NCBI GenBank assembly: GCA_902522465.1
Contig: CABYVV010000006.1
Location: 2,387 to 66,386, forward strand
Direction: 5' to 3'
Length of the DNA stretch: 64,000 bases
Origin: an uncultured Alphaproteobacteria bacterium
GTDB lineage: Bacteria > Pseudomonadota > Alphaproteobacteria > Methylaequorales > Methylaequoraceae
The translations under genes were made by a program, and so were the position numbers. Shown here piece after piece: positions 1 through 8,707 of the stretch. Positions within the stretch are counted from its first letter, which is position 1. Every line of letters begins with the position of its first letter. Below the pieces are notes generated by a model. That model did no database searches and had not been told where the DNA came from. It saw only the letters and a program-made list of their open reading frames with translations.

Positions 1-331
1 AAGACTTTTTCTGTTTTATTAAGTCTATACGAAACAATCTTATTACTATGTTAATTGGAATAATTGTTATCACATAGACCATCGATAGTATTATAGGAGA
101 AAAAAAAACTCCTAAAAAAAAACCAAATTTTTCCCAATGAAATGCTAGAAATTTTAATTTCTCAGGTTTTATCACTGAAACTAAAAGGAATAAGCTTGTA
201 ATAACAAAGAAAAATATGAAAAAATATATATTATTGAATAAGTAATAAGTACTTAATAAGACGAAGATTAATGAAAATGTATATCCAAAACTCCTGCATT
301 TCTTAATTGTAAAATTTTCATATTTTTGCAT
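1..331 (-). CDS. SxtJ-like membrane protein (partial, runs off the window start)
   Basis: Not in the ORF track. Manual translation from ATG at 331: MQKYENFTIKKCRSFGYTFSLIF...HWEKFGFFLGVFFSPIILSMVYVITIIPINIVIRLFRIDL, matching the RSFG / WxKFGxxLGxxxxPII pattern of SxtJ-family proteins. Confidence 0.65.
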   Translation of the reverse strand, partial: MQKYENFTIKKCRSFGYTFSLIFVLLSTYYLFNNIYFFIFFFVITSLFLLVSVIKPEKLKFLAFHWEKFGFFLGVFFSPIILSMVYVITIIPINIVIRLFRIDLIKQKKS

Positions 332-336
332 TGAAT

Positions 337-786
337 TTACTTTAAAGATCCAGCTAAAACATATTTAAGTATTCTTACAACTTGATGCTGATCACTTGCC
401 ACAGCAGATGCAAATGCATCTACCTCTTTCAAAGCATGCTGATTTTGATCATTGTGAATAACTATTATAGATTTATTTAATGCGGAAGCATAACCTGCAT
501 CAAATGCTGCATTCCACTGCTTATATTGATCTCCAAACTTAACAATAACCAAATCACTTTCTCTTATTGATTTTTTTATCTTAATTGAATTAATTTTTGC
601 ACCTTTATTATCTTTCCAAAAGCTTTTATCTTCTTGACCAAGTATTTCAACACCACAATTATCAGATGCTTCATGATTGGTTATTGGAGAAGAAAACTTA
701 ATATTTAATTCTTCTTTTCTACAAAGCTTTATTATTTCCTCTCTCCAATTTGTATGAATTTCTCCTGACAAATATACATTAAACAT
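337..786 (-). CDS. YtoQ family protein (nucleoside 2-deoxyribosyltransferase-like)
   Basis: VYLSGEIHTNWREEI, HEASDNCG, FGDQYKQWNAAFDAG, HALKEVD motifs. Confidence 0.85.
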   Translation of the reverse strand: MFNVYLSGEIHTNWREEIIKLCRKEELNIKFSSPITNHEASDNCGVEILGQEDKSFWKDNKGAKINSIKIKKSIRESDLVIVKFGDQYKQWNAAFDAGYASALNKSIIVIHNDQNQHALKEVDAFASAVASDQHQVVRILKYVLAGSLK

Positions 787-1001
787 TATAACATCCTTTC
801 AACATTGTTTTATGAATCCCAAACTAGAAATAATTTTTAAACATGAAATAATTAATTCTATCAAATATAGTAAACTACCTTAAATTTCAATTCTTTCTTT
901 TGAGTAAAAAATTTCTTTGATAAAAATTTTCACCAAACTAAAAATTTATTTAACAAAAATTCTACTTTAATTATAAGAAGATTGTAAGCATATTAATAAT
1001 A

Positions 1002-1793
1002 ATGAAAAAATTTAGAAAAAATACGTTACAATTGAATATTATCTTATATTCTTTTCTTTTTATTTTTTTTTCACATAAAACTTTTGCACAAAAAAAGAAT
1101 TTTGATCATAGTCCTTCTAAGGAGAATGTTAATTTACAATGTGAAAAAGCATTAGAGTGGTATAAAGATAATCCTCAATTAAAAGGCGAGTTTATTCGTG
1201 TTTTAAATTATTGTAAAGAATATGCTGTAGATCCAAGTTCTTCAAGTTTTAAAATTAATCCTATTCTTTCAGATTTTGGAAGTATGAATGGGGTAAATAC
1301 TAGGCCTAGAGATAATATTCACCAAGGTATAGACATTATTGGACCAAAAGAGCAGCCTGTTATAGCTATTGCAAATGGAGAGGTCTTAGAAACTACAATA
1401 GAAGATTGTTGGGGATCAACAATTATCATCGATCATGGTAAATCTTTTGATGGGAAAAATCTAATAGTTATCTATGGACATGTTGGGGAATTCTTAGTTA
1501 AAGAAAATCAAAAGGTTAAAAGAGGAGATATTATAGCTAAACTTCCTAAAAAAGTAAAATATCGCTGTATGGCTAGGGTAAGACATTTGCATCTTCAAAT
1601 CGGACAACGGTATTGTAAAAAAGAAGAAAAAGATAATTGGGGCTGTAAATATTTTATCAAAGACTATTATCGATCTTTAAACCCTCATGATTATTGGGCT
1701 GATGGACCAAACAAAGTAACTTGTTATGAAAAAAATAAAAATTTTAAGGATGGAACCATCACTTATCCTTTTCCATGTAAAAAAATAAACTAA
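1002..1793 (+). CDS. Secreted M23 family metallopeptidase
   Basis: Signal peptide, HQGIDI (HxxxD), YGH and HLH (HxH) zinc motifs. Confidence 0.85.
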   Translation: MKKFRKNTLQLNIILYSFLFIFFSHKTFAQKKNFDHSPSKENVNLQCEKALEWYKDNPQLKGEFIRVLNYCKEYAVDPSSSSFKINPILSDFGSMNGVNTRPRDNIHQGIDIIGPKEQPVIAIANGEVLETTIEDCWGSTIIIDHGKSFDGKNLIVIYGHVGEFLVKENQKVKRGDIIAKLPKKVKYRCMARVRHLHLQIGQRYCKKEEKDNWGCKYFIKDYYRSLNPHDYWADGPNKVTCYEKNKNFKDGTITYPFPCKKIN

Positions 1794-1947
1794 ACTTTAT
1801 AATTCTTAAAGATTACTACTTGATTAGTGGAAACATAGGCCTCCTTAATAAAATCTAAAACTTTTTGCTATCTTACAATATGAACAGATATTCTTTACAT
1901 AATAAAATTTAAAATAAAACAAACTTCAACTCTTATTTTTCATTGCC

Positions 1948-2190
1948 CTAACGTTTTATGAATCTCCTTTTATTATTGAAGTTCTTCTGCTCTATCCTCT
2001 TATTAATTTTATTCTTATCTTCTTTACTAAAAAAACAAATTCTATTTTTAACACCGCGCAATCGTTCAAAAGAGTTTTTTGGTGACAAACATTCGTAATA
2101 TATTCCATCAACATTAATCTTTTTCCTAGCAAAAGATTCATTATTGAATACAAAAAGAATTAAAACAAAATAAAATTTTTTAAAGATCAT
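1948..2190 (-). CDS. Hypothetical protein with signal-peptide-like N-terminus
   Basis: 80-aa ORF, hydrophobic N-terminus ending SFA, two Cys; no family recognised. Confidence 0.45.
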   Translation of the reverse strand: MIFKKFYFVLILFVFNNESFARKKINVDGIYYECLSPKNSFERLRGVKNRICFFSKEDKNKINKRIEQKNFNNKRRFIKR

Positions 2191-2335
2191 TAATCATTTA
2201 AATTTTAATCATCATTGGCAGGACAGTTTAACAATTTATTCATTAAAGATTTAGTAAAACACCTTTTATTCAAAATATTCTCTCAAGGGGTGATGAAAAC
2301 ATAACTTTCGACGTGAACATATTCCATTTTCTAAA

Positions 2336-2355
2336 TTACTCGACAGTGACCGATT
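2336..2355 (-). repeat. att-like direct repeat: second copy of the glmS 3' end (encodes SVTVE*)
   Basis: ttactcgacagtgaccgatt vs ctactccacagttactgatt at 6890-6909: 16/20 identical, all four differences synonymous in the glmS frame. Confidence 0.75.
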
Positions 2356-2359
2356 ATAT

Positions 2360-2692
2360 TTGAAAGGTGAAAAACTCAAAGTATCTCACCTTTACTTAAC
2401 ATTCAGTATTTCTAAAAGATATAATAACTTAACTAAAGACTTATTTCAATGGACAACAAAACAAGAAGAAATTCATTCTTTAATTAAATCACTACAAGAT
2501 AAAGGACTGGGTTATAGAAAAATATCTCATTACCTCAATACAAAAAAAATAAAAACAAAAAGAAATACCACCTGGACTAATTCAAAAGTGCATTCTTATT
2601 TAAAAAGATATAAAGAAAAGACAAAAAGACAAAATTATAGGAAAAAATTTTACGAAATGAAATGGATTGGTAGAATGAAATTAAAATTTTAA
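2360..2692 (+). CDS. Small protein resembling the DNA-binding 'recombinase' domain of large serine recombinases
   Basis: IKSLQDKGLGYRKISHYLNTKKIKTKRNTTWTNSKVHSYL pattern; no catalytic resolvase domain; TTG start. Confidence 0.65.
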   Translation: MKGEKLKVSHLYLTFSISKRYNNLTKDLFQWTTKQEEIHSLIKSLQDKGLGYRKISHYLNTKKIKTKRNTTWTNSKVHSYLKRYKEKTKRQNYRKKFYEMKWIGRMKLKF

Positions 2693-2696
2693 AAAT

Positions 2697-3617
2697 ATGA
2701 ATATTCTAAGTTTATTTGATGGAATTAGTGGGGCAATGCTTGCATTAAAACAAAGCAATATTAAAGTTAAAAAATATTTTGCTTCAGAGATCGATAAACA
2801 TTGTATAAATGTCTCAAAAGAAAAATTTCCAGAAATAATTCAACTTGGAGATGTTAAAAAAATTAATTTAAAAGAATTGCCTAGGATTGATCTACTTATT
2901 GGTGGAAGTCCATGCCAAGATTTAAGCAATGCCTACAAAGGACAGGGTTTGGAGGGAATAAGGTCCTCCCTATTTTTTGAATTTATTAAAATTAAGAAAA
3001 TTGTTAATCCTAAATATTTTGTACTAGAAAATGTAAAAAATAAGTGGAAAAAGATTATGGATGATTATGTAGGAGAAGCAGGAGTTACAATAAATTCAGA
3101 ATCATTCACATCACAATTTAGACCAAGATGTTACTGGAGTAACATTCCAATTGACCCAATAACAACGAATAGTAATTTAATAATACTAGATATCTTAGAA
3201 AAAAAACCTGTTGATCAAAAATATTATTTTTCAGATCAGTTTTTAAATGGTTCTAATATTATGAAATTCAAAAATACAAAAAAATTGGGAATCAATAAAA
3301 TATACGACATTCCTAGAAACCTATTAAAAGATAATGAAAGGCAAAGAAGAGTTTATTCTGTGTATGGAAAGTCACCAACACTTCTTGCGAGATCAGACAC
3401 ACCTAAAATTTATTTTGAAAAAAAACTAAGAAAATTAACGCCTCTTGAATGTGAGAGACTTCAAGGAATAATTGACAATCATACACTTAGTTTAAGTAAT
3501 ACCCAAAGATATAAGGCAATTGGAAATTCTTTCACTATTCCAGTAATATCTCATATTCTTAAGAATATTGGAAAAAAAAAAAAAAAACAAATGAGACTTT
3601 TTAATGAGATTTATTGA
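2697..3617 (+). CDS. DNA (cytosine-5)-methyltransferase
   Basis: LSLFDGISG (motif I), GGSPCQ (IV), ENV (VI), RxR, ERLQG, AIGNS (X). Confidence 0.95.
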   Translation: MNILSLFDGISGAMLALKQSNIKVKKYFASEIDKHCINVSKEKFPEIIQLGDVKKINLKELPRIDLLIGGSPCQDLSNAYKGQGLEGIRSSLFFEFIKIKKIVNPKYFVLENVKNKWKKIMDDYVGEAGVTINSESFTSQFRPRCYWSNIPIDPITTNSNLIILDILEKKPVDQKYYFSDQFLNGSNIMKFKNTKKLGINKIYDIPRNLLKDNERQRRVYSVYGKSPTLLARSDTPKIYFEKKLRKLTPLECERLQGIIDNHTLSLSNTQRYKAIGNSFTIPVISHILKNIGKKKKKQMRLFNEIY

Positions 3618-4569
3618 TTTATTCTCTGGAATGGGAGGATTTAGAGTTGCTTTAGAAAAAAAAAATCTAGAGTGTGTATTCAGTGCTGACAATGACAAAT
3701 TTGCCTGTGAAACATATTTTTTAAATTTTGGTGAAAATCCAAATATTGATATCACTAAATATAGTGAAAAAGCAGTTCCTGATCATGAAATATTATGTGC
3801 TGGTTTCCCATGTCAACCTTTCAGTATCGCAGGTTATAGGAGAGGGTTCAGAGATATAAGAGGTACATTATTTTTTGATATTGTGAGAATTCTTAAAGAA
3901 AAACAACCAATGATTTTCATTTTAGAAAATGTAAAAGGAATTTTGAGTCATGATAGTGGAAAAACCTTTAACACAATCATTGATTTTTTAGCAACAAAAT
4001 TAAATGGAAAAGAATATAAAACAAAAAATTCAGAGAATCTGGGATACAATGTTTTTTGGCAAACACTAAATACAAGAGATTATAATCTTCCACAAAATAG
4101 AGAAAGAGTTTTTATTATTGGACTCAAAGATCATAATATTAACTTTAAATTCCCTTCACCACAAAGAAGAAAAATAACCCTGAGAGACATGCTAGATAAG
4201 AATCCTGAAAAAAAAAAAATATCTTTTCAGTCACAAGAATATATTGATTTCTATTTAAAAAAGCATAAGGATTTTGAATATTTAAAAACATTAGATTATT
4301 TGGTTGCCTATGAAATAAGAAAGTCTAGAGTGGCATTCAGATATGATAATAATTCACCTTGCTTGACCACAAAAATGGGTACTGGAGGGAATAATGTTCC
4401 CTATCTTGTAAAGCAAAAAAGATTTTTCTCAATTAATGAATGTCTGAAGTTACAGGGATTTCCAAAAGAATTTAAAATAACAAATAGTTACAGCGCTTCA
4501 TTAAGACAAATTGGAAACTCTGTCTCTATTCCTGTTGTAGAAAGTATTTTAAAAGAAATTCTAAGTTAG
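3604..4569 (+). CDS. DNA (cytosine-5)-methyltransferase
   Basis: DLFSGMGG, AGFPCQPFS, ENVKG, QNRERVF, LQGFP, QIGNSV motifs. Confidence 0.95.
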   Translation: MRFIDLFSGMGGFRVALEKKNLECVFSADNDKFACETYFLNFGENPNIDITKYSEKAVPDHEILCAGFPCQPFSIAGYRRGFRDIRGTLFFDIVRILKEKQPMIFILENVKGILSHDSGKTFNTIIDFLATKLNGKEYKTKNSENLGYNVFWQTLNTRDYNLPQNRERVFIIGLKDHNINFKFPSPQRRKITLRDMLDKNPEKKKISFQSQEYIDFYLKKHKDFEYLKTLDYLVAYEIRKSRVAFRYDNNSPCLTTKMGTGGNNVPYLVKQKRFFSINECLKLQGFPKEFKITNSYSASLRQIGNSVSIPVVESILKEILS

Positions 4570-5349
4570 TTATTTTGGTTTTATTACTATTGTAGGTTTA
4601 TTTACCCTTCCACTTCCTTGGGAAACATAAAAGTCACTAAATTCATACTCTTTAAGATTCCCGTTAATAAAACTAAAAGATGCACTAAATGGTTCTTCAA
4701 AATCATCTTTTCCTGTAAAAATACTTGTCTTAATAGTTTTTGAATTATTTATAACAGTTTTAATTTCTTTAAGACAAAAACTACTTATCAGTTGTAAACT
4801 ATTTTTATCATTTATTTTTAAATCTGAATTATCTAACTTTTTTTTAAAAAAATTATAAAATTTTTCTTCAGGAATTTTCCAGTTATTTTCTATTATATGT
4901 TTATTTTTAAAAAAATCTCTTTCATTTTTTTGATATATCATCGCACCTGCACCAATAAAATTATCTTTAAACAATTTAAAGAAAGAAGAAGGAGTGAATT
5001 TGTGAATTTGGTAGTTTTTAGAATCTTTTCTTTTAATTGAAATTCCAGAATTTTCAATATATTCAATATTATGTTCATTTTTTAAATAATCTAAATCATC
5101 TTCATTAAGATAAAAATTCTTTTCTTTTAAAAAATAATCTAAACAAATTTTTGTTCTTATCAAAAAGATATCAGACTTTGGCAGTACTTTCCTACCTGAC
5201 AATTTCGAGAATTTATTCTTTGTTACTCTCGAACAATAAATGAATTTTGTGGTGAAATGCTGGTAAAGAAAAGAATCATAATAACCCTTATTTATTTTAC
5301 AAACTAAGTTTTTTTCTTCTTCAGTTCCTTCTAAAGTTCCTTTATTCAT
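4570..5349 (-). CDS. Putative PD-(D/E)xK restriction endonuclease subunit
   Basis: PKSDIF...GISIK motif spacing; convergent on the MTases. Confidence 0.5.
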   Translation of the reverse strand: MNKGTLEGTEEEKNLVCKINKGYYDSFLYQHFTTKFIYCSRVTKNKFSKLSGRKVLPKSDIFLIRTKICLDYFLKEKNFYLNEDDLDYLKNEHNIEYIENSGISIKRKDSKNYQIHKFTPSSFFKLFKDNFIGAGAMIYQKNERDFFKNKHIIENNWKIPEEKFYNFFKKKLDNSDLKINDKNSLQLISSFCLKEIKTVINNSKTIKTSIFTGKDDFEEPFSASFSFINGNLKEYEFSDFYVSQGSGRVNKPTIVIKPK

Positions 5350-6098
5350 AAAAAAAAATCTTTAATATCTTTTGTTTTAAATTGAACATCATTTCTATGT
5401 TTGGATGATTCTTTACAATGATCTTGTCCTTTAAGGCATGCATTCCAATTTTGAATTGTCAACATACCTATATTACCTCTTTTTTCTTTATAATTTAAAT
5501 GTGCTTCAAGAAAATCATTAAAATTTAAAACTTTTGGTGAATTTATTTCAGATATATTGGAAATATAAATCAGATAATCAGGAGGATTTTTACTTCCCAC
5601 CCAAGTTCTCAAGAATATTTCTTTTTTATATCTTCTCAAAATTTTAATGTAACTGTCAAACCTTTTTGGATGTATATTTGCATAAATTTTTTTCGGTTTT
5701 CTATCTTCAACTAAACCTTTATTATCAATTGTACCATCACACCAATGAAATTCATTTATCAAATCCTTCTCGCTAGTTTCCAGTTGTTTAACTGAATCTA
5801 AAAAATCTAAAAAAGAATCAAATTTCTCTTGATGAACTGAATTTGCAGAACCAGATTTAACACTTGTGTTAATTCTTTGATTTTCTAACTCAAAAATTAA
5901 ATCAGTTTTTTTTTCTAACCCATGTCCTTCTTTTTTAAAGCATTTAACAATTGGATTGGAACTATCAGATAAATTAAATATTTTTTTTATCAAAATTTTG
6001 TAGTTAAGATCTATATCATCTAAAAGTTTATCATTAACGAGTCCACTTATAATTTTTTCTATTTTGAAACCTTTATTTTGACCAACTATTTTTGACAC
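5346..6098 (-). CDS. Putative PD-(D/E)xK restriction endonuclease (MspI/HinP1I-like motif pattern)
   Basis: GFKIE...KKTDLI...TSVKSGSANSVHQE; overlaps the next ORF; RM context. Confidence 0.6.
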   Translation of the reverse strand: MSKIVGQNKGFKIEKIISGLVNDKLLDDIDLNYKILIKKIFNLSDSSNPIVKCFKKEGHGLEKKTDLIFELENQRINTSVKSGSANSVHQEKFDSFLDFLDSVKQLETSEKDLINEFHWCDGTIDNKGLVEDRKPKKIYANIHPKRFDSYIKILRRYKKEIFLRTWVGSKNPPDYLIYISNISEINSPKVLNFNDFLEAHLNYKEKRGNIGMLTIQNWNACLKGQDHCKESSKHRNDVQFKTKDIKDFFL

Positions 6099-6173
6099 AT
6101 AAATATTTTAATATATGTTTTATTTATTGTGAATGAATATTTTAATTCCAATATTCGATTGCTTTTACATTCA

Positions 6174-6806
6174 TCATTCTCTTAATATTTTGTCATAATA
6201 AATGATTATTCTCTCAGCGTAAGCATCATCTAGAAGGTACCACCCATTAATTGTCTTTGTGGTTTCTTTATTTGGACCTAGAAACAACCTATACTTCTTT
6301 CCGGAAATATCTTTATCTTTTACTCTAATAGAATCTTTTTTATTTCTAAAATAATTTGCTCTACTAGTCGACTGAAGGATATCTAACTTTATAGATTTTT
6401 CCTTATCTTTCTTATTTTTCAAAAATATATCTATACCTTTTTTTGTGTCAATTTCATCATTCCTTATTATAAAAGTTTCATCAAACTTGAATTTCCTCCC
6501 AATATTTAATAACGAAAAATACGCATGCCACTCTCTAATTAGGGATGCCCACATTCTGGCAACTCTTCCAAAAATTATATCTTTATTAAGTTTTTGTTTA
6601 TTAGAAAATTGATTGCCATGATTTGTCATAAATTCATCATAAAGTCGTTCTAGTGATGGAACAAATGTATCTTGGGAATCAATCAAAGATTCAAATGTTG
6701 AACCAACATCACTGATTTTAAAATCTACAAATGGATATCCAAAGGTTTGCCCTATTCTAAAACTACAATCATCAGTTAGAAGTTTTTCAATTTTATATAC
6801 GGACAT
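6174..6806 (-). CDS. Putative restriction endonuclease, TaqI-family-like
   Basis: GRVARMWASLIREWH...EIDTKKGIDIFL recalls TaqI-family motifs; RM context. Confidence 0.45.
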   Translation of the reverse strand: MSVYKIEKLLTDDCSFRIGQTFGYPFVDFKISDVGSTFESLIDSQDTFVPSLERLYDEFMTNHGNQFSNKQKLNKDIIFGRVARMWASLIREWHAYFSLLNIGRKFKFDETFIIRNDEIDTKKGIDIFLKNKKDKEKSIKLDILQSTSRANYFRNKKDSIRVKDKDISGKKYRLFLGPNKETTKTINGWYLLDDAYAERIIIYYDKILRE

Positions 6807-6889
6807 AAATTGTTTTCAAAGGGTAGAAATTATTTGAATTTGTTATAATTTTTTAGTTTGTTTATACCAACTCTTTTCACTTTTCAAAT

Positions 6890-8707
6890 CTACTCCACAG
6901 TTACTGATTTAGCTAAATTTCTTGGTTGATCAACATCAGTACCTTTTTGAACAGCCACATAATATGCGAGTAATTGAACTGGTAAGGAAAAAATAATTGG
7001 TTGTACAAACTCATGCAAATTATTAATAACTATTTTTTTTAGAGTTTTGTTTTCAATTTCTTTAGAACCATTTTTATCTGTAATCAATATCACTTTTCCT
7101 CCTCTAGCGAGTATTTCCTCCATATTAGAAATATTTTTTTCAAACAAAAAATCTTTAGGTGCAATAACTATAACTGGAACTTTGTCATCTACTAAGGCAA
7201 TAGGTCCATGTTTCATTTCACCAGAGGCGTAGCCCTCTGCATGAATATAGGAAATCTCTTTTAATTTTAATGCACCTTCTAAGGCAATAGGGAATAAAGT
7301 TCCCCTTCCCAAAAAGAGAACACTTTTAGCATTAACTATAAGTCTACTCACTTTTTTTATTTGACTTAGATTTCCAAAAACAGATGACATATTTGAGGGA
7401 ACTTCAAGTAAACTTTCTGTTAATTTTTTTTCTATTTGCTTTGAAATTGTTTTTCTAATTCTGCCTGCAAAAAGGCATAGACATGCCAAAATACTTAGTT
7501 GCGCGGTAAAAGCTTTCGTTGATGCAACTCCTATTTCTGGACCAGCAGCTAAGGTAATGAAAAAATCAGAATCTCTCGCTATACTACTTTCTGCATTATT
7601 GACAATACTAAAAATTTTACTTTTATTAATTTTTGCATATTTTAAGGCAGCCAAGGTGTCAGCAGTTTCGCCAGATTGAGAGATAAATATAGACAAATTG
7701 TTTTTTGACTTGATGTAATTTTTATATCTAAATTCTGATGCAAGATAAGCATTAGCAGAAATATTTAAATATTTTTCAAACCAATAAGTTGCTATTTGAC
7801 AAGCATAAAAGGAAGTTCCACAAGCAATCAATTCAATTTTTTCTAATTTTTTCCAATTGATGTTTAAATCAAATATATTAATCGCTTTTTTAATTGGATC
7901 TAAAAACCTAGATAAAGAATCTCCTATAACCAGAGGTTGTTCAAAAATCTCTTTTTGCATAAAATGATTAAAATTACCTTTTTCAAAATTTGAACCCGTA
8001 AAAGATGATAATGAAATTTTTCTGGAGACACTTTTAAAGTTTTTATCGAGTAACTCTATTTTTTTTTTATCAATTAAAACACTATCCCCCTCTTCCATAA
8101 ATATAATTTTTTGCGTAAATGGAGCTAGAGCAAGAGAATCGGAACCGAGGTATGTGGAATCCTTTGAAACACCAAGAGCTAGCGGACTTCCTCTTCTTGC
8201 ACCAGCCAATAAATTAATATTTTTGAAGATGATAGCAATTGCAAATGCACCTTCTAAATATCCAAGCATTTTTTTTATTGCTTGTTTAGGGTTATTTGTT
8301 CTGAGCTCAAAACTAAGTAAATGAGCTATCACTTCACTGTCTGTTTCTGACTGGAACAGAAAACCTTTTTTTTGTAACATTCTTTTTAAGTAACTATAAT
8401 TTTCTATTATACCATTGTGGACAATAGACACACTTTCAGAGGTATGTGGGTGAGCATTATTTGTTGAGGGGATACCATGAGTAGCCCATCTGGTGTGACC
8501 TATTCCTATGTGACCATCAAATCCTTTTTTTATCTTTCTATTTAAATTTATAATTTTACCCTTAGCTCTTATTGTTTTTATTAAATTATTTTTATCTAAT
8601 ACCGATATTCCTGATGAGTCATAACCCCTGTACTCTAATTTTGACAGACCTTTGATTATAGAATCAACAACTGGCCTATTAGAAAAAACACCGAAAATTC
8701 CACACAT
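6890..8707 (-). CDS. glmS: Glutamine--fructose-6-phosphate transaminase
   Basis: MCGIFG, EYRGYDSSG, GHTRWATHG, EMKHGP, PRNLAKSVTVE. Confidence 0.99.
   Translation of the reverse strand: MCGIFGVFSNRPVVDSIIKGLSKLEYRGYDSSGISVLDKNNLIKTIRAKGKIINLNRKIKKGFDGHIGIGHTRWATHGIPSTNNAHPHTSESVSIVHNGIIENYSYLKRMLQKKGFLFQSETDSEVIAHLLSFELRTNNPKQAIKKMLGYLEGAFAIAIIFKNINLLAGARRGSPLALGVSKDSTYLGSDSLALAPFTQKIIFMEEGDSVLIDKKKIELLDKNFKSVSRKISLSSFTGSNFEKGNFNHFMQKEIFEQPLVIGDSLSRFLDPIKKAINIFDLNINWKKLEKIELIACGTSFYACQIATYWFEKYLNISANAYLASEFRYKNYIKSKNNLSIFISQSGETADTLAALKYAKINKSKIFSIVNNAESSIARDSDFFITLAAGPEIGVASTKAFTAQLSILACLCLFAGRIRKTISKQIEKKLTESLLEVPSNMSSVFGNLSQIKKVSRLIVNAKSVLFLGRGTLFPIALEGALKLKEISYIHAEGYASGEMKHGPIALVDDKVPVIVIAPKDFLFEKNISNMEEILARGGKVILITDKNGSKEIENKTLKKIVINNLHEFVQPIIFSLPVQLLAYYVAVQKGTDVDQPRNLAKSVTVE

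Larger units (their letters stand above)
2336..6909. mobile_element. Genomic island integrated at the 3' end of glmS, carrying restriction-modification genes
   Basis: Flanking glmS-end direct repeats, recombinase-domain ORF at one end, two C5 MTases and three nuclease-like ORFs inside. Confidence 0.65.

Noticed and set aside
3572-3587. A16 tract as a phase-variation switch or MTase fusion site
   Set aside because: It lies after motif X; both shifted frames stop within a few codons, so there is no fusion to M2. Similar long runs occur in essential glmU (about 9875-9889)
6807-6909. Tn7-like transposon at attTn7 downstream of glmS
   Set aside because: No tnsA/B/C/D or tniQ-like ORFs and no recognisable Tn7 ends; the duplicated glmS end fits site-specific recombination better
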